DNA of 64,000 bases from Amoebidium appalachense (Eukaryota; Protista; Ichthyosporea): contig CAVNZM010000002.1 in NCBI GenBank assembly GCA_963693365.1, positions 2,806,259 through 2,870,258 of the forward strand, written 5' to 3'. The notes under the pieces were generated by a model. The model was not told where the DNA came from. It ran no database searches and saw nothing but the letters and a program-made list of their open reading frames with translations. Positions 37,602-58,572 of the stretch are shown here, in pieces. The position numbers were made by a program, and so were the translations under genes. Within the stretch, counting starts at the first letter, position 1. Every line of letters starts with the position of its first letter.

Positions 37602-39852
37602 GGGGGGAAGAAAGAGAGGGCAGGGATGTGTGAAATCATTATGACATTGGATGAATGCTGGCCGGTGGTTTCTGGATGTGGGTGTGAATGATCAGGATTA
37701 TACGTATACACACGTACTATGTAGAGGGTACGAAAGTAAACAGGACAACATTGTGTGGTTCATCATTCAGTTCACCTATTTATGCCTGAGCTAAATAGCT
37801 TCTCGAGCGCCAATTTAACTGATTTCATTAATTCAAGGCAGTGGTCATGTTCTGCAAACGAACCCCCCCCCCCCCCCCCCCCCCCCCCCAAACACACACA
37901 CACAAACCACCAGTACTGCACACACACACGTGTACACACACACTGTGTGTGTGACATGCGCTCGCGCGCGCACACACACACATCACACACGCACTAACAT
38001 GCATGCACCGTGGCACACCTGATAAGTACGGTGACACGTCTCACAGAAAATACTTCAAAAAAAAAAAAAGCACCTCAGGCAGACAACGCACAAAGACCGT
38101 TCGGAAGATTTGCACACTAACATTGAATACAGAGACCTCTACCCATCCTCTCGCTGTCCTCCCCCCTCCCCCCCAAGCCTGTCATCCTCTACCCATCCTC
38201 AGCCCCACCCTCCTGAGAAACAATTTTATGTGTTGCTCATGAAGAAATGATATTGCTGTACTTTGGTTGGCGAGGCGAGGCTTGGGGTGGGTGGGTGGTT
38301 GGTGGTGGGGGTGAGGCCTGGATTACATAGGCTATTATACAAGGTGGATAAGCCAGAAACTTTGACGCTGCGATTTATCACGGAATGGGGTGTCCCTCCC
38401 GGAGCCCGGGTAAAACACACGTGAAAGAGGAGAAAGAGGAGGGCAGGGCGGGGCAGGGGTGGGGTGGGCCCGGGGTGGGTGGGTGGGTGGGGAGGGGCGG
38501 GGGGGAAGGAAGATTTCTAGAGGGGGGGGGGGAGGCGTCGGTGTTGGCCAAGAAGAAAGAGAGGCGTATTCAGTAACATGTTGTTTACTATAGGCGTGGG
38601 CAGAAAGAATGGTGCTTGCTAGCCGCAGCTGAGTTCTTTCAGGCCCTCGAGAAGCAATTTTATTCTGCTGCCGTAAGCCGAATAACTCTACTAAACGCAG
38701 AATAACCCAGGCTGCTTAGAGCAAGCTCTTGCTGAATAATTCTGCGTATTTACGAGCACAGCAATTCTGCTTCTTGCTGAACAATTCAATTTTTTGCATA
38801 ATTAATCTGCTGAAGTAAGTTGATTCTGCTGATATGGTTGGGGCCTAGGCTACATGCACTCAGACTCAAGCTCATAGAACGTCACCCCTTCTGAATGTGG
38901 CCCATGTTCTATTCAGTCTAGACAGTGACACACGAATACACACACACACACACCGTGCACAATGCCAGCCTCACACTCGCGAGGACAAGGTCACACGAAC
39001 ACACATTTGTCACATTTACCATAATCACTGCACCAATTTTTTTGGCTGGTTTCAGAAAGTTCAGACACTTAAAGCATAACCAGCATAAAAACTGATCACA
39101 ACAAACAAAACAAAACGCACAAGAAAAACTCAGATTCACACTCACAACAAACCCGATCAGCACACACACCACACCCGATCAGTAGATGGCATACTATATA
39201 ATTATAACAAACGGCACACTTCACACACGCACATGCACGCGCACACACGCACGCCCACGCACGTGTGTACGTACACACACAATGTCAGCACAACGTCAGA
39301 CGCACACACACACACGCACACGCCAGGGAACATACAAGTGCGAGCACACACACACAAGCACACACCGTGGCACGCGTACACCGCACATACGCATGCACAC
39401 ACACACACACACACACACTCGCAGAGAGAGAAAGAGGTAGATAGATAGAGAGATAGGAAGAGAAAGAGGGAAAGAGAACTAGAGGAAGAGAGAGAGGAAG
39501 TAGGGAGGGAGAGGAACCGGGAGATGGAAAAGATAGCGAGAGAGCGAGAGTGGGAAGGGGAGAGGGAGATAGGCAGACAGAACGACAGGGAATAGAGAAG
39601 GAGAGATGAGAGTCTGGGAGGGAAAGGAAAAGAAACGCAAACGACGGTAAAAGTGAGAGCCCGGATCCCTATAAAAGAAAGGAGAGGCATTTTCTTTAGG
39701 CGGGCCCAACCGGGAATTTGAGATCTGAGTCCCCTCATTTGCGCCACATCATGATCTAAGGCTATGTGAATATATATAAACAAAGACTAGCTATTTTGAC
39801 GCGCTGAGTGATGCCATACCACTGAGCGCGGTTAGGTTGAAGGCGTGGTGGC

Positions 39853-39896
39853 AGCATGGCGACGTTATACATCTACTTGAGTCCCTTTTTGCAACC

Positions 39897-39927
<31 letters not shown>

Positions 39928-39972
39928 AAGAAAGAAAAGGGAGACACCGCCTCAGTATGTAGGTAGGTGGTA
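39853..39972 (-). repeat. Dispersed repeat, copy 2 of 10150-10265
   Basis: Reverse-complement match including GCAAAAAGGGAC and AAGTAGATGTATAACGTCGC. Confidence 0.72.
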
Positions 39973-40830
39973 GAGTCACGACGGGAAACGGTGACAACAG
40001 GTGGTGACAACAGCGCGTGACTGTTGTGAAGCAGAGCCACAGCTGTCATTGGACTATCACGCAACAGCGAACGATTGGTCGCTGGTGGTGCGTAAGCCAC
40101 AAGCGATTGGTTCGTGACCCCGAAATTTGGATACAATATAAACGCCAAGCTACGGTTTCTTTTGTGAGCTGCAACTTGCAAGTGACTTGTCCCATTTACA
40201 TTAGTTTTCTAGTATCTATTACTGATATCATTAATTATTGGTACTCTATGTTCGCAAAGGCCTTTCGCCATTCGCGTCGGAAAGCCAAAGGCCTCTCGGA
40301 AAGGACCCACGCCTTGGAAATGTGCCTCTTGGCCAATCAGAATCAACCTTCGTACAATTTCCGGTTACGTCATCACAACCCTCAGGTCGATTATGATTGG
40401 CTCTAAAGATGTGTTCCTGGCCATGGACGCCAGATCACATCTTCCAGTTTTGAAGCAACTCTGATAGGGAAAAAAACAGAAGCTTTAGTGTGTTATAATA
40501 ACTTTATCTTTAAAAAACGAGAGTATTCAATAATAAGATGTAGCTGTACCCTATATCTGTAGTCTTGAATCCATTTTCTTCGCGCTTTGCTCGTGGAAAT
40601 GGTGCACGATAAAACGTTCACGGTCCACCCCATCGCATTTGCCCCCACTCTGCCCTCCTCACCGCAGAACCGATTGTTGCACCAAGCTGCACCAAGCGGA
40701 GTATAAATAGTAGCCTCACACTCAGTCACAAACATCAATTTGTTTGTGTTTGGAAAGAAGCCACGCACCATGCTATCGTAGAGTCCTACCTGTTTCTCTA
40801 TAAAAAACGTGTGCACATTCTCTCACCAGC

Positions 40831-43125
40831 ATGAGTTCTAACTCTTCCATATATTTTCAAGCGCGCACAGACGAGAAACTTTCAGTGCGGAGTGCAAAGC
40901 AGCCAAAGTCAAAGGTCTCTTTGCGTAAGAGGTTAGGTAAACTCAAAATGTGGAGCCTTAGCAGCGCTTTCGGTCAGGGCTCCTCTAGAGTAACCAAGAA
41001 GCAGAGTCTTGTAGAAATGGTAATGGGTAACATAAGCAACTGGCGGGTTCTTCCACAGAACCAGCTCGCGCCTGTTCTTCGCGAGCTACGAACATCTACG
41101 GAAACCGGTAAGTGCAGGTTTTCCTTTGTGGGAATCCTATTGAGAATGTCTTGTCTGTTCTGGTGGTGGTGCTGTCTTTGTGGCGCGCTTCGCCCCACAT
41201 TTCCGCCCCGTTTGGCTCGTTTATAGGTTGTTTCTTTTTCATTGATTCTTGTGCTGTGCTTTCTGGCTGTGAATTAATTTCGTGGGTTTACAAAACCAAG
41301 TAGCTGCTTCCCATTGTCTACCCGCTTTTACCTACACCCACTTCGAACGACAAGTGAACCAAGCTTGCCTTTGCCTCGAACCTTTTAGCCACAAATACCG
41401 CCGCTAACCATCGCCTCACGTGTGTATTACAGGACAAGTGAACCAAGCTTGCCTTTGCCTCGAACCTTTTAGCCACAAATACCGCCGCTAACCATCGCCT
41501 CACGTGTGTATTACAGATGATGTCGAAGGCCAGTGCAGTCGAACGGCGGCGTTTTCCATAGTCCCAAAGCTGGCCGAGATTCTCCTCCACTACAGCACAC
41601 GGAATGGTGGCGAAGAGTCCGTTGCCATTCTCTCAGAGACTTTGGCGTGTATACGCTTCGTCACTAAGGGAGAAGGTTAGTGCACATAGCCATTTTTAGA
41701 AAGGTTGCTCAATCATACAGTATTGTGATTGAGCAACCTAGAGTATTGTGATGAACGTGTTTCTTGTAAATAAATGGGCCATAACCGGAAAGATGCTACC
41801 CAAGTGTAGGTTTTCGTTGTGCACCTAACGGATTTGTTGCTGGGTTGTGCTGGGTTTGAACCTAGAGTATTGTGATGAACGTGTTTCTTGTAAATAAATG
41901 GGCCATAACCGGAAAGATGCTACCCAAGTGTAGGTTTTCGTTGTGCACCTAACGGATTTGTTGCTGGGTTGTGCTGGGTTTGGTTAATGTCGCCCATGTT
42001 ATACAGTGAGTGTTACTAACTCGTTGCTCCTACGTTACAGGCACGAACATTAGCATGGCCACAAATTGTGGGGTTCTGACAACCTGTCGAGACATAATGC
42101 AAAACTTCCCGGACAGTGCTGAGATCCAGAGATATTGCTGCATGGTCTTCCGGTCACTGACCTTTAACAGAGGTGGGTGCTGTGTCCTGCTTGGTGTGTG
42201 TGTGTGTGCTTCATGATATTGCTGCATGGTCTTCCGGTCACTGACCTTTAACAGAGGTGGGTGCTGTGTCCTGCTTGGTGTGTGTGTGTGTGCTTCATGC
42301 TTTTGCCTGTTTGCTTGGCGTTTGCGTAGCAGAGACGTTTGCCAGATGCGGATCTTCTGCTTGTTGGCAATACCTGGGCGTGCATAACGGTGGAGGGTTG
42401 GTTTGAGGACTCAGTTACCTTTGAGAACACAGACACACATACGGCAAAATGCTCTTTTTGACTCTAGTTTCATACAGCGGATAACCAGCTACAAGTAGTG
42501 CAGACGGGTGTTGTGCCACTCATCCTTGCCGCCATGGAGCGATTCAAAATGGATACCTCCGTGCAGTCAGCCGCCCTAATGTCCATCCAGAACATCACAT
42601 GGCTCGTTGGTAAGTAACTGCCAGTAGTGCCTGTGGGAGTATATTTGTGTGTGGGGGGGTGGGGGGGGAGGGGGAAAGGGGGCTTTCAGGTGTAGATGGT
42701 GACCTGCACTTGAATTTTATGCTTGTGCAGCATCTTTTTGTTATTTTGGTGTTGTGAGAGAGAGAAGGGGGTTGGGGGGGAGGGGAGGGGGGGGGGGCTG
42801 GCTGTACGGTGGCAAGTTGTCGAGGGTTGTGCTTGAGAATTTCAGTCTGATTTTGTAACGCTTCTTTTTTTTTTGCGCACAGAGGAAAACAGGAATACAG
42901 TTGAGCGGGAGGGTGGAATCCGACACATCATGACGGCCATGCAGCTGCATGCTGAAAACGTTGAGGTCCAGAAGTGGGCCTGCGGTGCCCTCCAGAACCT
43001 TGCATGCTGTGGTAGGCCAACCTCCTTATTTCTCGCCCAGACATAGAAGGGCGCGCCCTTCTCATTCTAGCTCGTATGCCTTTTTCACTTGACCGCAATT
43101 CTCAATGCATCCCCCCCCCCCAAAA

Positions 43126-43156
<31 letters not shown>

Positions 43157-43517
43157 AGAAAAGGGGGGGGGGAGGGGGGGGGAGGAGGGGGGGGGGGGGG
43201 AAGAAAAAAAAAAGAAAAATAAATATATGTACACGCACCCGACAAATTCGAAACAGAAGCCTGGATTTACGTTTCTATCTTGCACCATTAACATTTTCCC
43301 CATTTGCTCCTTTGCAGTGCACTGCACTGTGCTTCTGATCGACAGCGGTGCCTTGGAGGTAGTGCTTGCAGCAATGAGGAATCACCGCATGGACGGCACC
43401 GTACAGAACTACGGCCTCGGCGTGCTCAGAAATATCTCCTATCTCAGTATGTACCCCTGCTCTAATCTAAGCCAAATTCGTGTAGAAAATGCCCATAGAT
43501 ATTACTTTCACCCTTTT

Positions 43518-43556
<39 letters not shown>

Positions 43557-44169
43557 CCCCCCTACTTATGATGCACACTCCTATTTGTTCGTTGTAAACG
43601 TGGGCTCCGCATTCTTGCCCCCCCCCCCCCCCCCCCCCCTCCCCCCAAACTAATGGTTGCCCCATGCTTTCATGCGCCTGACGTTAAAGCGTGTGTCTTG
43701 TTCCCAACACGTGAGATTCTAACCACGCGTGAGATTCTAACCACGCGTGTTATTTCTCATGCGCCTCACGTTAATGCGTGTGTCTTGTTCCCAACACGTG
43801 AGATTCTAACCACGCGTGTTATTTCCAACAGAGGACAACCGTGAGCGTGTTGCCGCCAGCGGGTCTATCCCGCTTGCACTTGCGGCCATGCATACACACA
43901 TGCACGAACTGGAGGTGCAGAACAGCGCGTGCTCCTTCTTCTTCAACACCGTTATCGATGTTGGTAGGTCTACCACACCCATTCCTCCTTTTTTCCTTCT
44001 ACCCGCTTCCCTTCTCCACTTCTGCCTCTCCCTGCCCCCCCCCTCCCCCCCCCCCCCCCCCCCCCCCTTCCTCCTGCCCCTCGGAGAAATTGATCTGCTT
44101 ATGTTGCATATTGTGCGCTTTGCTGATCCTGCACACTTTTGCTGTACTTCGGACCGTGTTTCGCATTCC

Positions 44170-44209
<40 letters not shown>

Positions 44210-45244
44210 ACACACACACACCCACATGCCCACACCACCACCACCACCACCACTCTCACCCTCCTGCTCCAGACCAGCCCACCAAGGAGTTAGGTAATAA
44301 TCTGTAAATCTATTCGTACAACCAGGTAATAATCTGTAAATTTATCCATACAACCAGGTAATAATCTGTTAATCTATCTATACAACCAGGTAATAATCTG
44401 TAAATCTATCCATACAACCCACTAACCGCCCCCTCCCCTCCTCCCCTCCGCATGCAGATGACAACTGCCACCGAGTGCTTGGCACACCAGGGGCTCTATC
44501 TGTGCTGTTTGCATCCAAGGTTGCACATGCAAAGGAGGCACGGTTTGTGGACAAGGCAAATGCCCTGCTGGACCAGCTGGCACGGAGATGCCAAGGTGTG
44601 TGTGTGGGTGTGGGTGTGGGTGTGTGGGTGTGGATGTGGGTGTGGGTTTTGTGTGTGTGTGTGTGTGTGGCACCCAGCTGTTTGTATGCGGATCCTGTGG
44701 GATTTCCGGACACTATTTGTTTGAAAGAAAGGGGGGGGGAGGGGGGGGACGACAGAGAGGGAAAGAGAGAAAAATGTGTGTGTGTGTGCTTAGAAGAGGA
44801 TTCCTCGGGGTTTTCTGGAAAGGTTTGCTGGAAGAAAAGGGCGAAAGAGAGAGGGAAGGAGAGAAAGAGGGATGGAGGGGGGGGGGGGGGGGGGGGGGAG
44901 GGAAGGGGGAAAGAGAGAGAGAGAGAACGAAAGGGAGGGAGGGAGGGAGTTGACTATGGTGCATTGCGCAGGGGGTAAATACAGCGCATAGGAGCACTAC
45001 AAGTGATTGCAAAGTAACCCTAACCCCTCTGTGCACGTGTGCAGGCGTCTACATCGACATCAACAAACCTCAGGGACCCCTCACCCTCATGGAGGTGTGC
45101 ATGCGGGTAGCTGCCAGGCAGGCGCCGGTGGCTGTTGGGTATCTCCCTGAGAATATTGTGGAGGATATGGATAAGGCACGGCAGTGCGACAGATGCAAGA
45201 ACATGTTTGTGTGCAGCTCCATGTCCGTGGCGGCAAAGGCAAAG

Positions 45245-45277
<33 letters not shown>

Positions 45278-46281
45278 TGTGATGGGTTCTCTAAAAGTTC
45301 TTGTTCCTTGTATCAAGTGGACAGTGGGGTTCCTTGTATCAAGTGGACAGTGGACAGGAAATGGTACTATGATAACTCGGAGAGGGGCAAGGAAGTGAAT
45401 AGCCGTGGGGAGGGGGGGGTTTATAGGCAGGAATATGGAGGGGTTGTACAGGTAGGAAATGTTAACCCCGAGCCGTTCGCCCAGGCCAAAATCGACCAGC
45501 TTTGAAAAATAGGAAAAAATTATTATTGGCGGCCAAAGATGTACATGTGCCTGGAAAAATGCACCAGGCACATGTACATGTTTGTGTCCAAACATGTCTT
45601 TCTTTGTGTCCCACAAACATGTCTTTCTTTGTGTCCCTATGTGTCCACACGTACTGTTATGAACACGTGATTTGTGTCGATTTTGCCAACTGCGGCGGGG
45701 TTTCTTTCAAGACAGTTACGTAATATGAATCCCCGTAAAGATCTCAGCAAACCGGATTGATGCACTTATCAGCCGATCGATACCAGGGTTGGAATCCGTG
45801 AATCCCGAACATCCTCTTGCCGCCAGCGTTCGAAAATTGGGGGGGCCCTCGCTGAAATTATAGACACAGTTAGGCAGAACACCCACGAGAAACAGAAAAA
45901 CATAGTTGACCCCGGTGTTTGTTAGGCAGATATTCCTAGCGTCATAACGATTACGCGTCAGGCGCAGATATTCCTAGCGTCATTACGCGTCAGGCGCTAC
46001 TTATTTTCGAAGGCCGCTGATGCATTTATTTTTGAAAATGATGCAAAAATGCATCGGCGAACGGCTAGGGGTTAAATATAGGGTTGGATATTTATGGTTA
46101 TATATATTTTGGTGGCTCCATGAACCAGTTTCTAACCTCTGACAATCCCCAACAGGACAACAACTGGAACTACTACCACCTGTGCGGGCGCACGTGCGCA
46201 AATCACGTGATCAAGCAGACGGTTGCAACACACAATGCAGAGGCGGGAGTCGACGCTGTGCCCCAGGGGACCGGACATTAG
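40831..46281 (+). CDS. Armadillo-repeat protein with C-terminal BC-box/SOCS-box-like and Cys-rich module; 10 exons
   Basis: Exons 40831-41107, 41517-41675, 42041-42172, 42478-42609, 42883-43011, 43318-43446, 43832-43963, 44458-44595, 45045-45244, 46129-46281, all GT-AG and in frame. ARM repeats such as ENRNTVEREGGIRHIMTAMQLHAENVEVQKWACGALQNLA; tail PLTLMEVCMRVAA..LPENIVEDM..CDRC..LCGRTC. Confidence 0.85.
41349..41516 (+). repeat. Exact 84-bp tandem duplication including branch-site-like CTAAC and acceptor
   Basis: 41349-41432 = 41433-41516; both end TATTACAG. Confidence 0.92.
41735..41982 (+). repeat. Exact ~124-bp tandem duplication
   Basis: AACCTAGAGTATTGTGATGAACG...GCTGGGTTTG occurs twice (41735, 41859). 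Confidence 0.9.
42131..42298 (+). repeat. Exact 84-bp tandem duplication spanning an exon end and donor
   Basis: 42131-42214 = 42215-42298. Confidence 0.92.
45466..46071. mobile_element. piggyBac-type MITE in the last intron of the ARM gene
   Basis: TIRs CCCCGAGCCGTTCGCC and reverse-complement CCCCTAGCCGTTCGCC (15/16 identical); CCC termini; TTAA on both sides (45462-5, 46072-5). Confidence 0.85.
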
Positions 46282-47211
46282 TATTAGGATAGTGGTGTTT
46301 ATCGTATGTGGGGTAGCTTAAAAACATTAACACGCACGAAGATTCTTTAGTTAACACGAAGGCGGCCTTGCTTGCCGTGTGTTACAGTAGTAAATCTCAC
46401 TATTACACAGTGTTTTAATGTGCATTTTGTTTTAGGGATCCGGGCCGGGTCGGACCCGAAAGCCTTATACCCCTGATGATTGGCGATAATCGCGCATCAA
46501 ATTACATTTTGGCTTGGCCCGAAAGGCTTCATAAATCGGCCTAAAAACCCTCCCTTTAAGCATCATGCATAAATCGGCCTAAAAACCCTCCCTTTAAGCA
46601 TCATGGCCGAATGCCCGGTTAAACGTATATTCGTATATCCATCACATTCTTTGTCGTTTTTGCAGTATGTTTTTTCGAACGTAATACCTGCAGTATGTTT
46701 TTTCGAACGTAATACCACGAGTACAGCCTAACGTGCACGAGTACAGCCTAACATGTACATAAATACATGCATTTGTAGAATTTGCGATACTTTCGTAGGT
46801 GACAGAAAAGGGTAGTTTGTACAGCCATAGTCTAGTGGACCGAGGGGGTATTTCTGTATGCACGGGGGACGACTGTGTCTGTCTCGACCAACGGGATTTA
46901 CCTGGTCACGTGCCGTGCTGAACGAAGTAAAAAGTTTAATGAGCACACACCGTGCTACTGTAGCCTCAGCCGCTGTACGGAACAAGTCTACTCTGGCTAT
47001 GAGTTGGCGCGTGATCAGTCGTCACAGAAGGAAAGTGTTCTTCGGCCTTGAAAACTAAGAGCTACCTCCAAAGGCAGCATGCAGGGCTGTCAGCTTGTAG
47101 CTGGATAGAGGAGCACACCTTCTAATACATATGACACAATAAACACATTGTCAAGGTCTCGGGACATCATGTTGCCTTCGTGTGCCCACAGTGTGTGTGC
47201 CATTAGTACTC

Positions 47212-47243
<32 letters not shown>

Positions 47244-48053
47244 TTCCTCCCTTCCCCCCCAGACACCGTGCGGTACAGTACACACACACACAGTCACAAG
47301 TGTAGGCAAAAAAAAAAAAAAAAAAAGCGTAGCCGCTGCTGTGAACGTCAGCGTATTATGTAAAGCGTCTGCATGCTTGAGCTCGATCGGCACGTCCTGT
47401 ACACGATAAAAATCGTGCTTACTAGGTTTGGGTGGCCATGGGCTAGCCCAACATTATGCACTTAATGATCAAATTCTTTTTTGCGTTGCAATTGTAGTTG
47501 TTTACCCGTTCGGGACCCAGGGCCGGGGTGATCACTGTGATTGAAATCCATCCGGCTCACGTGTCCGTGATCACATGTTTGTGTTGTGCTTTTGTGAGCG
47601 TCATGCGAATGTGTACATGTGTGTTCGGGCGCGTGCATGTTTGCGACACATGTACACTAGCCGACGGTGCGTGTGTGCGTGCGTTCTTAATCCCATCGGG
47701 GGGGGGGGGGGAGGGGGGGGGGGGGGGGGGGGGGGGGGGAAAGCAAAAATATGAAAAATACCGAGCATATGTACCTTTATTCATTCGCTTTGGTATAATT
47801 TAAAACATTCAACAGAGGCTACCTTCTATCGTCTCCAAAAATGGGTAGGCAAGAAAAACGCAAGGGAACCGACCCGGGCAAAAAATTGACGTGACTCTGT
47901 GCAGGAAAGTGTTCTAACTTAGAAGGTCGCCCATCCATAATAACTGGTGCAAAATATTACTGCTTGACTCATATTATAGCGTACGTATACACGTCAAATA
48001 CTCATTTCTGTGTGGTCTTTTTCATCTCCAACTGAATCTTCAGCGAAGTAATC

Positions 48054-48088
<35 letters not shown>

Positions 48089-48132
48089 ACTTGAAGAGTG
48101 CAACTGCATTTTGACATACTACTGCGATTATC

Positions 48133-48172
<40 letters not shown>

Positions 48173-48235
48173 CACACACACACACAAAAAAGCCCAACAC
48201 ACAAATCGATACCCCCCCCCCCCCCCCCCCCCTCC

Positions 48236-48268
<33 letters not shown>

Positions 48269-48378
48269 AAAAATCTTTCTCACGTCGCTTATATTTGCCT
48301 CAGCAAGGGGGTATTCAGAAGCTCTGTGTCTGTGGGACTAGTCCCCAGTGACACACGTGCTCTCTCTTTTTTACCCCC

Positions 48379-56008
<7,630 letters not shown>

Positions 56009-56157
56009 TTTCGTTGTTTTTTATGAAACCGATGGTTCTAAAGACTTATTGCAATACTCTTGGGGCGTGGGTATATTCAGTCAAACAAGCCCGGGACACT
56101 CCCCTGCAAGGTTGGGCTAGACAGCAAAGCTTCACCAAAACTGCCTTTTAGCTCTAT

Positions 56158-56338
56158 CACGTACTGACGGTGCCTGGGCTGCTATGAACTTGCCGTTCGC
56201 CTCACACCCGTTCCTTACACTCTCGCGACCGCGTGCATGCTTTCTCTCGCGGCGGCTCTACGGTCCCGAGAGTCCAGTGTTCGCTGTGTGTGTAAGGAAA
56301 AGTAGAAAAATACGGGTCACCTACTGAGGTGACAGCTT
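56158..56338 (+). repeat. Dispersed repeat with terminal hairpin (copy 2 at 61914-62058)
   Basis: CACGTACTGACGGTGCCTGGGCTGCTATGAACTTGCCGTTCGCCT...GTCCCGAGAGTCCAGTGTTCGCTGTGTGTGTAAGGAAAA is shared; ends in GTCACCTACTGAGGTGAC. Confidence 0.85.
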
Positions 56339-56529
56339 TAGCTATGCTACTTGAATATGCAATGATTGCGCCAAAGCGTAGCATTTCAAATTGTGATGAC
56401 GTCATCGTCATCGAGGAAAGGAGCTGCGCAGGATAATTGATGCTACCAAATGTAAGGGTGTTACTAATAAACGATCTAGTGGGTTCCACCCACGGCGATG
56501 TCGGCCCAAACTCGGTGGAATCATTTGAC

Positions 56530-56685
56530 ACACACACACACACACACACACACCCCTCCCTCCCCCCCCCCGGGCCTGAGCTCTCTCTCTCTCTCTCTCC
56601 CTCTCCCCCCCTCTCTCGAAGGCTCTCTCTCTCTCTCTCTCTCCCCCCCCCCCCTCTCTTTCTCTCTCTCCCTCCCTCCCTCCCT

Positions 56686-56727
<42 letters not shown>

Positions 56728-56961
56728 CTCTCTCTCTATCTCTCTCGGCTTGTACGGTGTGTGTTACAGTGTTAACGGTGCCCGCTGACGCAGCGCAGCG
56801 CGTCTGTGTACACTTGTGTGACTGCACGGTGTGTGTGTGCATGTGCATGGCAATGGTGTGCCTTGTGTGTGTGTACACCGTGACCTGTGGGCGCGCGCGT
56901 CTGTGTGCGTTTGTGCGACTGCACAGACCGTGTCATGGTGTTTGCCTGTGCCATGCGTAAG

Positions 56962-57013
<52 letters not shown>

Positions 57014-57085
57014 ACGGACGGTGTGTTGTGTGTGTATATGTGTGTGTACACATGTTTGTGTGTGTGAAGTTGTGTGTGTGTGTAC

Positions 57086-57133
<48 letters not shown>

Positions 57134-57380
57134 CGCGTTCGTGATTGTGGTTGGGTGCTTGTGCATGTGTATTAAAGTCACATTTGCGTGCATGTGTGTA
57201 CATGCATGTGTGTGGCGATTTCTGTATTTGGTCACTGTAGAGGGTCTCCTTTAATATATGTATGTCTCCGGTTATAGTTGAGTTGAATGAGGCTCGAACA
57301 CAACATGTGTTCACATGTGGGTAGCTTCGGAGTCTGCTACACTTAGAACCTTGTGTACACACCAGGCACACACGTACGTG

Positions 57381-57412
<32 letters not shown>

Positions 57413-57570
57413 CCCCCCCCCCCCCCCCCCCCCCCCCCCCTGAGTTTCTCTCTCTCTCATCTCTCTCTCCCTCTCTCTCTCTTCTCTCTCTCTCGGCCTG
57501 TACGGTGTGTGCTACAGTGTTTACGGTGCGCGCTGACGAAGCGCGTCTGTGTGCGCTTGTTTGACTGCAC

Positions 57571-57611
<41 letters not shown>

Positions 57612-57735
57612 GCGTGTGCGCATGTGAATGGCAATGGTGTGCCTTGTGTGTGTGTACACATGTGGGCGCACGCGTCTGTGTGCGTTTGTGCGACTGCACA
57701 GACCGTGTGTTTGCCTGTGCCATGCGTAAGTGTGC

Positions 57736-57768
<33 letters not shown>

Positions 57769-57786
57769 ACACGTGTGTGTGTGTTT

Positions 57787-57822
<36 letters not shown>

Positions 57823-57868
57823 ACGTGGGTGGGTGTGTTGTGTGTGTATACGAGTGTGAGTGTGTAAA

Positions 57869-57950
<82 letters not shown>

Positions 57951-58180
57951 ACGTGTGTGTGTGTGTGCGTGTGCGTGGGTGCATGTGTGTGTACGGTGTG
58001 TGTGTGTGCGCGCGCGCACGCATTCGTGACTGTGGTGCTTACATGCCATTGGGTGCTTGTGCACATTTGCGTGTATGATTGTGTGCATGTATGTGTATAC
58101 ATGCATGTGTGTGGCGATTTCTGCCTTTGCTCACTACTTGTGCATGTGTATTAAAGTCACATTTGCGTGTATGTTTGTGT
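56530..58180 (+). repeat. Diverged tandem duplication of a TG-rich unit of ~700-800 bp
   Basis: CTCTCGGC.TGTACGGTGTGTG.TACAGTG..., GGCAATGGTGTGCCTTG, GCCATGCGTAAGTGTGCAG and TATTAAAGTCACATTTGCGTG occur in both ~56530-57235 and ~57380-58180. Confidence 0.8.
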
Positions 58181-58307
58181 GCGTGTATATGTGTACATGC
58201 ACCGTTGATCGATGCGCAGTGTTATCTACTCTTGTTGTGTATAAGAATTGAATGGCATCATCTTTGTAAGTAATAGTTGCATGCTTTACCACTTAAGTTA
58301 GATACCG

Positions 58308-58389
58308 TATTCTGAGAAAACTTGAACTCATAAGACTATTCGTCATTGCACCCTTAATACAACTCGTTTACCAATTTCGACACAGAGAC
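58308..58389 (-). pseudogene. trnL: Mitochondrial tRNA-Leu pseudogene (NUMT)
   Basis: GTCTCTGTGTCGAAATTGGTAAACG D-arm, long variable arm, GAGTTCAAGT T-loop; stems damaged. Confidence 0.6.
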
Positions 58390-58411
58390 CTTTTAATTCA
58401 ATTCTCCAATT

Positions 58412-58485
58412 AGTCAATAATAGGACTTGAACCTACAACCAGTACATTAGAAGTGTACTGCTCTATCCTATTGAGCTATATTAAT
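58412..58485 (-). pseudogene. trnR: Mitochondrial tRNA-Arg(UCU) pseudogene (NUMT)
   Basis: TAGCTCAATAGGATAGAGC D-arm, anticodon arm GTACA-CTTCTAA-TGTAC, GGTTCAAGTCC T-arm; acceptor stem mismatched. Confidence 0.8.
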
Positions 58486-58499
58486 TACCTTTGGTGTTA

Positions 58500-58572
58500 T
58501 AGGTATTGCAGGACTCAAACCTACCGCCGTAATCTTGTAAGAATTACGCTTTACCAATTGAGCTAAGTACCT
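58500..58572 (-). pseudogene. trnV: Mitochondrial tRNA-Val(UAC) pseudogene (NUMT)
   Basis: TAGCTCAATTGGTAAAGCG, anticodon loop CTTACAA, T-loop mutated to GGTTTGAGTCC. Confidence 0.78.

Noticed and set aside
38640-38847. hAT-like MITE (AGGCCC...GGGCCT with TTCTGC repeats)
   Set aside because: Inverted match is only about 6 bp and there is no 8-bp TSD.
44292-44420. CRISPR-like short repeats
   Set aside because: Contiguous minisatellite without unique spacers, in a eukaryotic intron, with no cas genes.
45772-45924. Alternative last exon for the ARM gene
   Set aside because: It lies inside the piggyBac MITE; exon 46129-46281 supplies the expected second Cys pair.
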